A DNA stretch of 64,000 nt, from assembly GCA_009694135.1 (NCBI GenBank), contig SHVS01000012.1:2401-66400 (forward strand), in the 5' to 3' direction. The position numbers and the translations under genes are program-made. Under the pieces are notes generated by a model. The model had not been told where the DNA came from and did no database searches. It saw only the letters and a program-made list of their open reading frames with translations. Positions 39,971-50,195 of the stretch are shown here, in pieces. Position 1 is the first letter of the stretch, and the number at the start of each line of letters is the position of its first letter. This stretch comes from Alphaproteobacteria bacterium (lineage in GTDB: Bacteria > Pseudomonadota > Alphaproteobacteria > UBA6615).

Positions 39971-40425
39971 CGCAACGGATTAGCCCGGATGCGTTCCGGC
40001 GGCAATACGTTCGGCGCCGCGTGCGCTTTAACCAGAGGCGACATCTATGGCGCGATTAACGGCGCTGTATTCCGAGCAACCGACCCTTGAGCGAGGCAGG
40101 AATGGAGCCCGCCGGGGCCGCCGGGTGAAATTCATAGGGATTCTAGTTCGTCCTGTCGGCGGGAGTCGGCTTCGTCGCGCTGGTCTTCGATCCGCCCCTG
40201 GCCGAGCGCATAACAGCGATCGTCGAGGGCATCGGCGCGCATTAATTACTTGGGTCCGCGCAAGCTCCGTTCTCTGCGCCCGCGTGGATTAACCTTTTTC
40301 TCGGTATCCGAAGGCGCACAGGCGCGTGAAATTGAGCTATAAATCTGCGCTACGGGGCGTGCATCGGCGTTAGCGGCCCGCTATGGTGCGGGCGGTGTTT
40401 GTTGACGCAGGCGGGGGCGCCCCGA

Positions 40426-40697
40426 ATGAGCTTTTTCCCGGTCCGCGGCCTTGGCGCCGCCAGACGAATTTTTGCCGCTTGCGGAGCGCTCGCCGGCTTT
40501 GCCGTCGGCGCGTTCGGCCTCGCGACCGAGCCGCGCGCCGAGCCGCAGCCGGTGCCCGCGACCTCCATGCCCTGGGCGGCGATCGGCCGCGTGAACCTGG
40601 CCGGCACCGGGCATTGCAGCGGCGCGCTGATCGGCCCCAAGCTGGTCCTGACCGCGGCGCATTGCCTGTACAACGCGCGCGAAGGCCACTGGATCGC
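40426..40697 (+). pseudogene. trypsin-like serine protease, N-terminal fragment only
   Basis: Signal peptide plus the catalytic His block GHCSGALIGPKLVLTAAHCLYNAREGHWIA. Protease-like sequence stops there, and the Asp and Ser blocks are absent. Confidence 0.6.
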
Positions 40698-40699
40698 TG

Positions 40700-40888
40700 G
40701 CGTTGACACGCCAGCGCTTGGGCGAAGTGCTTCCCGGCAAGACGCTGATCCTGAACACGCATCGCAGCTCGCTCTTGGCGCTGGTCGATCGGCTGGTGGT
40801 GGTCGATGGTGGCCGCGCCGTCGCCGATGGACCGAAGGAAGAAGTTCTGCAGGCGCTCAAGGATGGCCGCATCCGCACGACGCGCTAG
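40700..40888 (+). pseudogene. type I secretion ABC transporter ATPase, last ~60 codons only
   Basis: RQRLGEVLPGKTLILNTHRSSLLALVDRLVVVDGGRAVADGPKEEVLQALKDG is the D-loop/H-switch tail of a T1SS permease/ATPase. It is in a different frame from the protease fragment. No Walker A/B motif or TMD lies upstream. Confidence 0.6.
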
Positions 40889-40940
40889 CGCGCACCGGCG
40901 GACCTGGGGCCCGACGACCAGATTGGAGCACGAGGCAGGT

Positions 40941-41459
40941 ATGGCTGTTAAGACGCAAGGGGACGGCGCGGCATTCGAGAGTTTCCGCCACGCGGGCAAG
41001 CCTGGTGCAGGGAGCTGGCGTTGGCTGGCGCTGGCCCTGTTCGTCGCCTGGGTCGCGCTGGGACTGGCGCTCGGCGGCGCGATGCTCGCGGGTGGCAGTT
41101 CGCCCTTCGATGCGACCGGCGACGCCTGGTACGCGGTCGACCGCAACAGCCTTATCCTGGCCCAGGCGGCGATAGCGCCGGCGATCTGGGATCAAGTCCT
41201 GGTCCCGCTGCTAACCGTCCCGCTGTGGCTCATGCTGCTCGTGCTCACCACGCCGGCACTGATGCTCGGGATCGCGCTCTGGGGTCGGCGTCAGCCGCCG
41301 CCGCCGAAAGAGCCGCAGAAAGCTACGCGCCACGCGTCGTCGCCAACTCCACCGACGCCGCCGACGCAGCATTGGCCGAGGATCTGGACTTCATGCCCGA
41401 TGTCGCGGCCGCCGCGCGCCGCGCCGGTCACCGCTTCGCCTATCTGCTCACCCTCGTGA
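40941..41459 (+). CDS. hypothetical small membrane protein (3' end uncertain; may be part of a frameshifted locus)
   Basis: ATG 40941 is followed by GC3-rich codons and hydrophobic helices (WLALALFVAWVALGLALGGAML, LLTVPLWLMLLVLTTPALMLGIALW). The last ~50 codons look like out-of-frame read-through over the HlyD start. Confidence 0.3.
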   Translation: MAVKTQGDGAAFESFRHAGKPGAGSWRWLALALFVAWVALGLALGGAMLAGGSSPFDATGDAWYAVDRNSLILAQAAIAPAIWDQVLVPLLTVPLWLMLLVLTTPALMLGIALWGRRQPPPPKEPQKATRHASSPTPPTPPTQHWPRIWTSCPMSRPPRAAPVTASPICSPS

Positions 41460-42688
41460 GTCTCGTATTCCTGGTGGTGTTCGTCGTCTGGTCCAATTTC
41501 GCCGTGCTCGATGAAGTCACCCGCGGCGAGGCCAAGATCATACCGTCCAGCCGCGTGCAGGTGATACAAAACCTGGAAGGCGGCATCGTCACCGAGATCC
41601 TGGTGCGCGAGGGTTCGATCGTCGACAAGGGCTACATCCTGCTGCGCATCGACAACTTCACCGCCGCCTCGAGCTATCGCGAGAACCGCCGCCGCTACCT
41701 CAACTTGCTCGCCAGCGTCGCCCGGTTAGAAACCGAGATTTCCCTGCGCGACGAAATCCTGTTCCCGCAGGAAGTTTTGACCGAGGCGCCCGACACGGTG
41801 ATCCAGCAGCGCCAATTGCTCGCTTCACGCCGCAGCCAGCTGGGCTCGCAGGTGGGCGTGCTTCAGGCGCAAGCCGATCAGCGCCGGCAGGAGATCGAGG
41901 AGATGCGCAGCCGCAGCCAGCAGCTCGAGCGCACGCTGGCCCTGTCGCGCGAAGAGCTGGCGATCACCGATCCCCTGGTCAAAGAAGGCGTGATGCCGCG
42001 CATCGACCTGATCCGTCTGCAGAGCCGCATCGCCGAAACCGAGGGCGAGCTGCGCACCATCCGGCTGTCTATCCCGCGCGCGCAAACGGCGCTCACCGAG
42101 GCCGACCAGCGCATCGGTGAGCTGCGCGCGACGCAGCGCGTCGAAGCCGGCAAGGAGCTCAACCAGCTGCGCTCCGATCTCGGATCCGTGAGGAAAATCA
42201 TGGCCGCCGGCGTCGATCGCGTCACCCGTTCGGAAGTGCGCTCGCCCGTCCGCGGCACGATCAAGAGTCTCAGCTTCAACACGGTCGGCGGCGTGGTGCA
42301 GCCCGGCCAGAATATTTTGGAGATCGTGCCGCTGGCTGATACGCTTCTAGTCGAAGCCAAGATTCGCCCGGCTGATATGGCTTTCCTGCGCCCCGGCCAA
42401 GTGGCCAAGGTCAAGATCACCGCCTATGAATTCTCGATCTATGGCGGGCTCGACGCCATCGTCGAGCAGATCAGCGCCGATACCATCATCGACGAGGCGA
42501 AGAAGGAAAACTTCTACCGGGTGCAGCTGCGCAGCGACACTGCCGAGCTGATGTACAACGGCAAACTTTTGCCGATCATCCCCGGCATGACCGCGACAGT
42601 CGATATTCTCACCGGCAAGAAGTCGGTGTTCACTTACATCATGAAGCCGATCCTGAAGGCGCGCGACAATGCGCTGCGGGAGAGATAG
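41393..42688 (+). CDS. HlyD-family type I secretion periplasmic adaptor
   Basis: DLDFMPDVAAAARR, TM (FAYLLTLVSLVFLVVFVVW), AVLDEVTRGEAKIIPSSRVQVIQNLEGGIV, coiled coil, and C-terminal ITAYEFSIYGGL...TGKKSVFTYIMKPI. The start is uncertain, and frame-2 coding may extend upstream of ATG 41393. Confidence 0.8.
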   Translation: MPDVAAAARRAGHRFAYLLTLVSLVFLVVFVVWSNFAVLDEVTRGEAKIIPSSRVQVIQNLEGGIVTEILVREGSIVDKGYILLRIDNFTAASSYRENRRRYLNLLASVARLETEISLRDEILFPQEVLTEAPDTVIQQRQLLASRRSQLGSQVGVLQAQADQRRQEIEEMRSRSQQLERTLALSREELAITDPLVKEGVMPRIDLIRLQSRIAETEGELRTIRLSIPRAQTALTEADQRIGELRATQRVEAGKELNQLRSDLGSVRKIMAAGVDRVTRSEVRSPVRGTIKSLSFNTVGGVVQPGQNILEIVPLADTLLVEAKIRPADMAFLRPGQVAKVKITAYEFSIYGGLDAIVEQISADTIIDEAKKENFYRVQLRSDTAELMYNGKLLPIIPGMTATVDILTGKKSVFTYIMKPILKARDNALRER

Positions 42689-42696
42689 GCTCCGTC

Positions 42697-44154
42697 TCAG
42701 GCCGCAGGCATGAACCCCTTGTCCAGGCGGCGCTGAACCGACGAGGGAATCCTCAACGCCTCGCGATATTTCGCCACCGTACGGCGGGCGATTTCGATCC
42801 CCTCGCGGCGCAGCATCTCGACCAGCGTGTCGTCGGATAGGACCGCACGCGGGTTTTCGGCGTCGATCAACGCCTTGATCCGGCTCTTCACCGCAGACGC
42901 CGAATGCGCCTCGCCGCCGCCGGAACTCGCGATCGAGCTGGTGAAGAAATATTTGAGCTCGAAGGTGCCGCGCGGCGTCGCGATCATCTTGTTCGCGGTC
43001 ACGCGCGACACCGTGCTTTCATGCATCTCGATCGCCGTCGCAATGTCGCGCAGCACGAGCGGCCGCAAACCGGCGACGCCTTCGGCGAAGAAGCGCTCCT
43101 GCTGCTTCACCAACTCGGTCGCCACCTTGAGGATGGTCTGCGCCCGCTGATCGAGCGCGCGCACCAGCCAGCTGGCGCTCTGCATCTTCTCGGCGATGAA
43201 CTCCTTCGCCGGCTTGTCGGCGGCATGCGCGCCAAGATCGACGGCATAACGATTGTTGACGATCACGCGCGGCAGCGAAGCCGCGTTGAGTTCAATCAGC
43301 CAGCCGCCCTTGCGCGTCGCGCGCATCAGGATATCCGGCGCCGGAATGTCCACCGCCACCGCGCCGAAAGCCTCGGCCGGCTTTGGGTTCAGGCATTTCA
43401 GCTCGGCGATCATGTCCTTGAGGTCGGCATCGTCGACCGCGCACAGCCGCTTGAGCGAGGCCCAGTCGCGTCGCGCCAGGAGCTCGAGATTATCGACCAG
43501 CGCCTGCATCGCCGGGTCGAGCCGGTTTTTCTCGGCCAATTGGAGCGCGAGACATTCCTTCAAGCTGCCGGCGAACAGCCCGGGCGGATCGAAGCGCTTC
43601 AGCCGCGCCAGGACCGCGGCCACCTGATCGAGCGCGGCTCCCAACTCGCCCGCGATCTTGGCCAGGGGCGGAACGAGATAGCCGGCGTCGTCGAGCCGGT
43701 CGATCAAGGCGAGGGCGATGATCCGCTCGGCCGAATCTTTCAGATCGATCGCGACCTGCTCGGCCAGATGCTCGCGCAGGGACTTCGGCCGCTCGGCCAG
43801 GCGGTCTGCGAACGCCTCGCCGCCGTCGCCGCCGCCGCGCGCGGCCGGCCAGTCGGACAGTCCGGCGCCGCCCGGCTCTTCGTCGAAAGCGAGCGCCGGA
43901 TCGATGTCGAGCGGCTCGTCGCTCGCGGCCTCGGGCGTTTCGGTATCGGCGGCCGGAGCGTCGGGAACGCTCTCGCCGCCATCACCGCCGTCGCCGTCGG
44001 CACGTTCGAGCAGCGGATTGTCGACCAGCTCCTGCTCGACATAGGCCATCAGCTCATGACTCGACATCTGCAGCAGCTTGATCGCTTGCTGCAACTGCGG
44101 GGTCATCACCAGGGCCTGGCCCTGGCGGAGCTCTAGGCGTGGCGTGATGGCCAT
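42697..44154 (-). CDS. rpoN: RNA polymerase sigma-54 factor
   Basis: N-terminal MTPQLQQAIKLLQMS, an acidic region, HTH, and the RpoN box ARRTVAKYRE. Confidence 0.96.
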   Translation of the reverse strand: MAITPRLELRQGQALVMTPQLQQAIKLLQMSSHELMAYVEQELVDNPLLERADGDGGDGGESVPDAPAADTETPEAASDEPLDIDPALAFDEEPGGAGLSDWPAARGGGDGGEAFADRLAERPKSLREHLAEQVAIDLKDSAERIIALALIDRLDDAGYLVPPLAKIAGELGAALDQVAAVLARLKRFDPPGLFAGSLKECLALQLAEKNRLDPAMQALVDNLELLARRDWASLKRLCAVDDADLKDMIAELKCLNPKPAEAFGAVAVDIPAPDILMRATRKGGWLIELNAASLPRVIVNNRYAVDLGAHAADKPAKEFIAEKMQSASWLVRALDQRAQTILKVATELVKQQERFFAEGVAGLRPLVLRDIATAIEMHESTVSRVTANKMIATPRGTFELKYFFTSSIASSGGGEAHSASAVKSRIKALIDAENPRAVLSDDTLVEMLRREGIEIARRTVAKYREALRIPSSVQRRLDKGFMPAA

Positions 44155-44166
44155 GGATGATGGTGG

Positions 44167-44967
44167 TTAGAGACTGAACCTTTCACCCAGGTAAACGCGC
44201 CGCACGCCTTCATGCGCGACGATCTCCTCGGGCCGCCCGCTCATCATCACCGTGCCGTCATGCAGGATGTAGGCGCGGTCAATGATCTCCAGCGTTTCAC
44301 GCACATTGTGGTCGGTGATCAGCACGCCGATGCCGCGCTCTTTCAAATGCCTGACCAGCTCACGAATTTCGCCGACCGCGATCGGATCGATGCCGGCCAG
44401 GGGCTCGTCCAGCAGCACGAAATGCGGATGCGCCGCGAGCGTGCGCGCGATCTCCACCCGTCGCCGCTCGCCGCCGGAGAGCGCCACCGACGGGGTGCGG
44501 CGCAGATGCGAGATCGAAAATTCGGCCAAAAGGTCTTCGAGCGTCGATTCGCGCCGGTCGCGATCCGGCTCGACTACTTCAAGCACGGCGCGGATATTCT
44601 GTTCGACATTGAGGCCGCGAAAGATCGAGGATTCCTGGGGCAGATAGCCGATGCCGAGCCGCGCCCGCCGATACATCGGCAGATGGGTAATGTCGTGGCC
44701 GTCGAGAAAAATCGCGCCGCTGTCGGGCGTCAACAGCCCGGTGATCATATAGAACGTCGTGGTCTTGCCAGCGCCATTGGGGCCGAGCAAGCCGACCGCC
44801 TCGCCGCGATCGAGCCGCAGACTCACGTCGCGCACCACCGGGCGGCTGCGGAAACGCTTGCCGAGGCTCTTCGCTTCGAGACCGCGATTGGCCAAAATCA
44901 AGCGTGGCCCCTCGGCCGACTCGCGGGCGGCGAGCTCACGCGGGTGTTGCACCTCGCGCCCGCTCAT
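44167..44967 (-). CDS. lptB: LPS export ABC transporter ATP-binding protein
   Basis: Walker [10 protein letters not shown], signature [13 protein letters not shown] and Walker B FVLLDEP. Lies immediately upstream of rpoN. Confidence 0.92.
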   Translation of the reverse strand: MSGREVQHPRELAARESAEGPRLILANRGLEAKSLGKRFRSRPVVRDVSLRLDRGEAVGLLGPNGAGKTTTFYMITGLLTPDSGAIFLDGHDITHLPMYRRARLGIGYLPQESSIFRGLNVEQNIRAVLEVVEPDRDRRESTLEDLLAEFSISHLRRTPSVALSGGERRRVEIARTLAAHPHFVLLDEPLAGIDPIAVGEIRELVRHLKERGIGVLITDHNVRETLEIIDRAYILHDGTVMMSGRPEEIVAHEGVRRVYLGERFSL

Positions 44968-45887
44968 CGCGCCCCCGGCACTTGCGGCTTGGATTTTGGT
45001 GTGATCAGGGCGCGCACGCGCTGATCGCCCGCGGGCGGCACCGGTGCGGTCGCAACTCCGCCCGCCGGCGGCGCGACAGCTTTTCCGGCCAGCGCCACGC
45101 GCGCGGTGCCGATGATCTTGCTGACCCCGGTGTTGAGGTTCACCTCCGCCTCTTCGCCGTTGATCTGGGTTGTGTCGCGCGTGAGTTTCACCTGCCCGGT
45201 AAGATGGACCAGCCCCTTCGTCGGGTCATAGTCGCCGCGGGCGGCTTGCACCACCTCGGCCGGAGTGACGATCACGACATTGCCGATCGCCTCCACCCGC
45301 TCGATGTCCGAGGTCTTGCCGCCGGCGGCGCCGGTCGCGCGAAAATGCGCTTGCAGCTCATCGGCATAGAGATGCTGCGCGCCGCGCCCGGAATGGGCGC
45401 TGCCGCGCGCGATCGCCAGGTTGCGGCCGACATTGTATTCCAGGCTGTCGCGGGCGGTGACCGTCTCCTGCGGCGTCACCAATTCAATCTTCTCACCGGT
45501 CATGAGCAGGATCCCACCCTTCACATCGAAGGTAGCGCGGTCGCCGGTCGCTGTCTCGTTGGCCGAGGCGATCTTGACCTTGCCAACGGCGTCGATGCGG
45601 AAAATCTCGTTCCCACCGGTCGCCACCGTCCGGTAATAGGCGGTCAGGACGTCGGCCGTCACCGACAAGCCGCCCTGGGTGACGCGCGCCTTGCCGCGCG
45701 CGACATATTTCTGCGTCTCGCGATCCCATTCGACGCCATCGGTAGCCACGACTTCGATCGGCGCATTGCCTTGCGGCTGGAAGCCGAGCGCCTGGCCGCG
45801 CGCGGGCGCGGCGGCGGCGATGGTAAGCAGAGCGGCAAAACACGCGGGCAGCGCGCGGGCAAACAACATCGTGCGGCGCGGGGTCAT
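44964..45887 (-). CDS. lptA: LptA/OstA-family LPS transport periplasmic protein
   Basis: Signal peptide and OstA-like beta-jellyroll repeats. Start and stop codons overlap with lptC and lptB. Confidence 0.7.
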   Translation of the reverse strand: MTPRRTMLFARALPACFAALLTIAAAAPARGQALGFQPQGNAPIEVVATDGVEWDRETQKYVARGKARVTQGGLSVTADVLTAYYRTVATGGNEIFRIDAVGKVKIASANETATGDRATFDVKGGILLMTGEKIELVTPQETVTARDSLEYNVGRNLAIARGSAHSGRGAQHLYADELQAHFRATGAAGGKTSDIERVEAIGNVVIVTPAEVVQAARGDYDPTKGLVHLTGQVKLTRDTTQINGEEAEVNLNTGVSKIIGTARVALAGKAVAPPAGGVATAPVPPAGDQRVRALITPKSKPQVPGAR

Positions 45888-46606
45888 GGAGCGTCCTTCT
45901 GGGCGGTAAAGACAAGTCGGGTCCGCCCAATGAATTCGAAACGCTGGCCGTGATCTCCGATGCGAAAGCCTTCCGCCTCGACTTGGCCGAAAGGTCCGAC
46001 GCCGTGCACCGGCTGGTCGCCGGTGACGATGCGCTGCGCCAGATCGATGCGCGCGTTGGTGGTGGTGAACTCGTAGCCCTGATCCTGGTACAGGTTCACA
46101 TTATCGAACAATTCGAGCACCTGCTGATCGCGTTGGAACACGCCCGTGTCGGCGCTGAGCGCCAACCAGGTCCCGTCCTTCATCGTGATGTCGGCCTTGG
46201 GCTGGACCAGCTCATAGACTTCGCGCCCATCGGCGCTCGGTATGCGCGCGGCCGTCTTAGCGGTGACGGTGAACGGCTGCTCGCCACGGTCCATGCCCAA
46301 AAGCCGGGGCGCGATCATGCGTGGGTCGGCGGCGGCGATCGCCGCCCCATCGATCTTCAGCCGCACGACGTCCTCGATCTGGCGCAGCGACGGCCAGGCC
46401 GCGATCAGCGCCAAAAGCGCGAGCGCGACGCCCGGCAGCAGAAATTTCATTACTGTAACGAAACGGTTGCGACGCACATCAAGCGGCCGGGCGCGCAACC
46501 GCAGATCGGGCTTGCCCGCGCGCGGCTTCGCCGCTGCCCGCAAGATATCGCCCGCTTTGAGTCTGGCCATCGCCGGGCTGCCTAGCGCACGCCAGCGCGC
46601 AAGCAA
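45884..46606 (-). CDS. lptC: LPS export system protein LptC
   Basis: Single N-terminal TM (FLLPGVALALLALIAAW) and an LptC-like periplasmic domain, in the conserved kdsD-lptC-lptA-lptB order. The start may be ATG 46570. Confidence 0.7.
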   Translation of the reverse strand: MLARWRALGSPAMARLKAGDILRAAAKPRAGKPDLRLRARPLDVRRNRFVTVMKFLLPGVALALLALIAAWPSLRQIEDVVRLKIDGAAIAAADPRMIAPRLLGMDRGEQPFTVTAKTAARIPSADGREVYELVQPKADITMKDGTWLALSADTGVFQRDQQVLELFDNVNLYQDQGYEFTTTNARIDLAQRIVTGDQPVHGVGPFGQVEAEGFRIGDHGQRFEFIGRTRLVFTAQKDAP

Positions 46607-47583
46607 TCGTGCACATGCAGGATGCCGGTCGGGCGGCCACCCTCGACCGCGAACAAAACCGTCAGCGCCTGCGCGTTCATGAAACCGAGCGCCTCGGCGG
46701 CGAGAGCATTCGGCCGGATCGTGCGCGGGGCGCGCGTCATCACCATTTCCACCGCCGCCGACAGCAGCGCCGGCGACAAGTGGCGGCGCAGATCGCCGTC
46801 GGTGACGATGCCGGCGAGCTTGCCCTTGGCATCGACCACGCCGCAGCAGCCGAAGCGCTTCTCGGTCATGACTAGAATCGCCTCGGCCATGCTCGTCCCC
46901 GGCTTGACGAGCGGCAGGTCGGCGCCGGTGTGCATCAGATCGCGCACACGCAGCAGCTGCTGGCCGAGCTTGCCGCCCGGGTGCAGCACTTGGAAATCGG
47001 CGGCGGTGAAGCCGCGCCGCTCCAGCAGCGCGACGGCGATGGCGTCACCGAGGGCCAGCATGGCGGTGGTCGAGGTGGTCGGCGCGAGCCCCATCGGGCA
47101 GGCTTCGATCAACACCGGCAGCACCAGCGAACAATCCGCCTGTTCGGTCAGCGCGCTCGGCCGCCGCCCGACCATGGCGACGAGCGGCAGCGAAAACCGC
47201 CGCGCAAAGGCGATCAGATCGGCCAATTCGGTCGTTTCGCCGGAAAAGGACAGCGCCAGAACGGCGTCGTTCTTCGTCAGCATGCCGAGATCGCCGTGGC
47301 TGGCTTCGGCCGGATGGACGTAGAACGCCGGCGCGCCGGTCGAGGCGAGCGTCGCCGCGATCTTGCGCGCGATATGGCCGCTCTTGCCCATGCCGGTCGC
47401 GACAATGCGGCCGGTGACGGCGGCGAGAAGGTCGATGGCGCGCACGAATTCAGCATCGAGCGACGCGGCCAGCGCGGCAATCGCCTCGCCTTCGATCAGC
47501 AGCACCCGACGCGCGGCCTTCAAGTCGGCTGCGGGATCGGACGGGCGCGAGCGCGCGCTCGCGGGCTGCGAGGCGTGGGTCAT
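46582..47583 (-). CDS. kdsD: KpsF/GutQ-family arabinose-5-phosphate isomerase (SIS + 2 CBS)
   Basis: GRIVATGMGKSGHIARKIAATLASTG, HPAEASHGDLG, SFSGET, then tandem CBS domains. Confidence 0.85.
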   Translation of the reverse strand: MTHASQPASARSRPSDPAADLKAARRVLLIEGEAIAALAASLDAEFVRAIDLLAAVTGRIVATGMGKSGHIARKIAATLASTGAPAFYVHPAEASHGDLGMLTKNDAVLALSFSGETTELADLIAFARRFSLPLVAMVGRRPSALTEQADCSLVLPVLIEACPMGLAPTTSTTAMLALGDAIAVALLERRGFTAADFQVLHPGGKLGQQLLRVRDLMHTGADLPLVKPGTSMAEAILVMTEKRFGCCGVVDAKGKLAGIVTDGDLRRHLSPALLSAAVEMVMTRAPRTIRPNALAAEALGFMNAQALTVLFAVEGGRPTGILHVHDCLRAGVR

Positions 47584-47726
47584 GCGCACACGCTCCGGAA
47601 GCGCAGCTGAAAGCGTGAGGTGGGCCGTCGCGCCGGCAATGCCCCGATCTCCGTCTGGTCTCGACGCAAGAACTATGCCAGCCTTCGGCTTACGGGTCAA
47701 TAACGGTGACCGAAGCCGCGCCCGAC

Positions 47727-48377
47727 TCAGGAATGCGCAAAGATGTCTTCCTCGCCCCAGCCGGCGAGGTCGAGTGCCGCGCGCGCAGGCAAAAAGTCGA
47801 AGCAGGCGCGCGCGAGCGCCTGCCGTCCCTCGCGCTCCAGCATCGCCTCCAACCGGGCTTTCAGTTCATGCAGATAGAGCACATCGTCGGCCGCGTAGAT
47901 TTGCTGCTCGCGAGTCAATTCCGCCGCGCCCCAGTCGGACAGCTGCTGCTGCTTCGAGATCTCGATCCCGAGCAGATCCTTGGTCAGCTCCTTGAGCCCA
48001 TGCCGGTCGGAATAGGTGCGGCAAAGCCTTGATGCGATCTTGGTGCAGAACACCGGCCGCGTCTCGACCCCCAGGCTGCGCTGGAGCATGGCCAAATCGA
48101 AGCGCCCGAAGTGAAAGATCTTCAGCACCGACGGATTGGCCAGCAACGCGCGAAGATTGGGCGCCCGGATCTCGCCGCGCTCGAACTTGACCAAATGGGC
48201 GATGCCGTCGCCGGCCGAAAGTTGCACCAGGCACAGTCGGTCGCGGGCGAGGCTGAGCCCCATGGTCTCGGTATCGATCGCCACCGACCCGCTGGCGAAC
48301 AGACCCGCCGGCAGATCGCCGCGATGCAAATGAACGTGTTCGGCGCTGGCCATGGCTTCCCCCCGCGGCGTCATCAC
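47727..48377 (-). CDS. rnd: ribonuclease D (short alphaproteobacterial form, DEDD 3'-5' exonuclease)
   Basis: VAIDTETMGL, LCLVQLS, KIFHFGRFDL and YAADDVLYLHEL. Confidence 0.8.
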   Translation of the reverse strand: MMTPRGEAMASAEHVHLHRGDLPAGLFASGSVAIDTETMGLSLARDRLCLVQLSAGDGIAHLVKFERGEIRAPNLRALLANPSVLKIFHFGRFDLAMLQRSLGVETRPVFCTKIASRLCRTYSDRHGLKELTKDLLGIEISKQQQLSDWGAAELTREQQIYAADDVLYLHELKARLEAMLEREGRQALARACFDFLPARAALDLAGWGEEDIFAHS

Positions 48378-48471
48378 GGGCTATCGGACGGCGGCGCGGG
48401 TGTCAACGCGCGCACGGCGCTCTTGGCGCTCCGCCAGGCGCTGGTTTATGAAAGCTTCGGGCGGAGGGGAA

Positions 48472-49401
48472 ATGCAGCTCAAGCGCGTGACCATATTCGG
48501 CGGCTCCGGATTTATCGGGCGCTACATCGTGGAGCGGCTCGCCGATCAGGGCGTGGGCGTGATCGTCGCCGTGCGTTCGCCCGAGCGCGCCAAATTCCTC
48601 AAGCTCCTGGGAGATGTCGGCCAGGTCGTGCCGGTGCGCGCGTCGATCGAGGATGCGGATGCAATCGCGGCCGCGGTGCGCGGCTCAGGCGCGGTGATCA
48701 ATCTGGTCGGCATCCTCGCCGAGCGCGGCGCTCGCTCGTTCCGCGCCGTACATGTCGACGGCGCACGCAGGGTGGCGCAAGCCGCCGCCGACGCCGGTGT
48801 GCAATTCCTGGTCCAGGTCTCGGCCATAGGCGCGGCGACCGACGCCCTTTCGGCCTATGCGCGCTCCAAGGCCGCCGGCGAAGCGGCCGTGCGAAAGGCA
48901 TTCCCGCGCGCGACGATCTTGCGACCGTCGATCGTGTTCGGAACCGAGGACCAGTTCTTCAATCGTTTCGCCGCGCTCGCGCGCTGCACGCCGGCGCTGC
49001 TGCTGTTCGGCGGCGGGCGCGCGAGGTTCCAGCCGGTGTGGGTCGGCGACGTGGCGGCGGCGGCGGTGCGGGCGCTCGGCGATCCAACGGCCGCGGGCCG
49101 GACCTATGAGCTCGGCGGGCCGCGCATTCTTGATTTCGCCGCGCTGATGCGCCTGGTGCTGACCGAGACGGGACGCAGGCGCGCTCTGGTCCCGATCCCC
49201 TTCTGGCTGGGCGAAATCACCGGCGCGGTGTTGAGCCTTTTGCCCAACCCGCCGCTGACGCGCGATCAGGTGTTGAGTCTGCGCGGCGACTGCATAGTCG
49301 GGCGCAAGGCGCTGACTCTTGGTGACCTGGGCTTAGCGCCGACCCCGCTGGAAGCGATCGTGCCGAAAATGCTCGCGCGCTACCGCCGGCGCGGCGTTTA
49401 G
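48472..49401 (+). CDS. NDUFA9-like NAD(P)H-binding (complex I 39-kDa-like) SDR protein
   Basis: [11 protein letters not shown]. Rossmann motif VTIFGGSGFIGRYIV, then YARSKAAGE and RPSIVFG. Confidence 0.7.
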   Translation: MQLKRVTIFGGSGFIGRYIVERLADQGVGVIVAVRSPERAKFLKLLGDVGQVVPVRASIEDADAIAAAVRGSGAVINLVGILAERGARSFRAVHVDGARRVAQAAADAGVQFLVQVSAIGAATDALSAYARSKAAGEAAVRKAFPRATILRPSIVFGTEDQFFNRFAALARCTPALLLFGGGRARFQPVWVGDVAAAAVRALGDPTAAGRTYELGGPRILDFAALMRLVLTETGRRRALVPIPFWLGEITGAVLSLLPNPPLTRDQVLSLRGDCIVGRKALTLGDLGLAPTPLEAIVPKMLARYRRRGV

Positions 49402-50195
49402 CGATAGATCCAGACCATCAGCCCGATCCCCAGCGCCAGCCGATAGACGACGAAGGGCAGGAAGCTGCGCCGCTCCACCCAGCGCATGAGCACATTCATG
49501 CTCACCAGCGCGGCGACGAAAGCGATCAGCGCCCCGAGCGCCGCATCGGTCGCGGCGAAGCTGTGCGAGTTGGCCAGGATATCGCGCACCCCGAGCACGC
49601 AAGCCCCGCCAATGGTCGGGATCGACAGCAGAAACGAGAATCGCGCCGCCGCCGGGCGCTCGAAGCCAAGCACGCGCGCCGCGGTCATGGTGATGCCCGA
49701 GCGGCTGACACCCGGAAGCAGCGAAATGCACTGCGCCAAGCCGATGATAATCGCCGGCGGAATCGATATATCGCGCAATCGACGCAAGCGCGGGCCGACA
49801 CGATCCGCAACGTAAAGCGCCGCGCCGAAAAGCAGCGTGGTCCAGGCGATCAGTTCCGGCGAACGCAGAACGGTCTCGATATACGGCTTGGCGAAGTAAC
49901 CGGCGAAGACCGCCGGAACGGTCGCCACCGCCAACGCCGCCGCCAGCCGGCGATCTTCCTCTCCCGACCGGTCACGCGGATTGCATACGGCGACCGTCAT
50001 GCCGAACAAATCGTCGCGCAGATAGATCAGCACCGCCAGCAGCGTGCCAACATGCAGCGCCAGGTCGAAATCGAGCCCAGGATCCTTCCAGCCAGTCAGA
50101 ACCGGCACCAGGATCAGATGCCCGGTCGAGGAGACCGGCAGGAATTCGGTCAACCCCTGGACGATGGCGAAGACGATCAGCGGCAGCCAAGCCAT
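49398..50195 (-). CDS. uppP: undecaprenyl-diphosphate phosphatase
   Basis: MAWLPLIVFAIVQGLTEFLPVSSTGHL and PGVSRSGITM. Confidence 0.92.
   Translation of the reverse strand: MAWLPLIVFAIVQGLTEFLPVSSTGHLILVPVLTGWKDPGLDFDLALHVGTLLAVLIYLRDDLFGMTVAVCNPRDRSGEEDRRLAAALAVATVPAVFAGYFAKPYIETVLRSPELIAWTTLLFGAALYVADRVGPRLRRLRDISIPPAIIIGLAQCISLLPGVSRSGITMTAARVLGFERPAAARFSFLLSIPTIGGACVLGVRDILANSHSFAATDAALGALIAFVAALVSMNVLMRWVERRSFLPFVVYRLALGIGLMVWIYR

Noticed and set aside
40140-40245. Open frame FVLSAGVGFVALVFDPPLAERITAIVEGIGAH in the 455-bp GST/protease intergenic region, possibly a gene remnant or small membrane peptide.
   Set aside because: It has no start codon or RBS and no recognisable similarity, so it cannot be supported.
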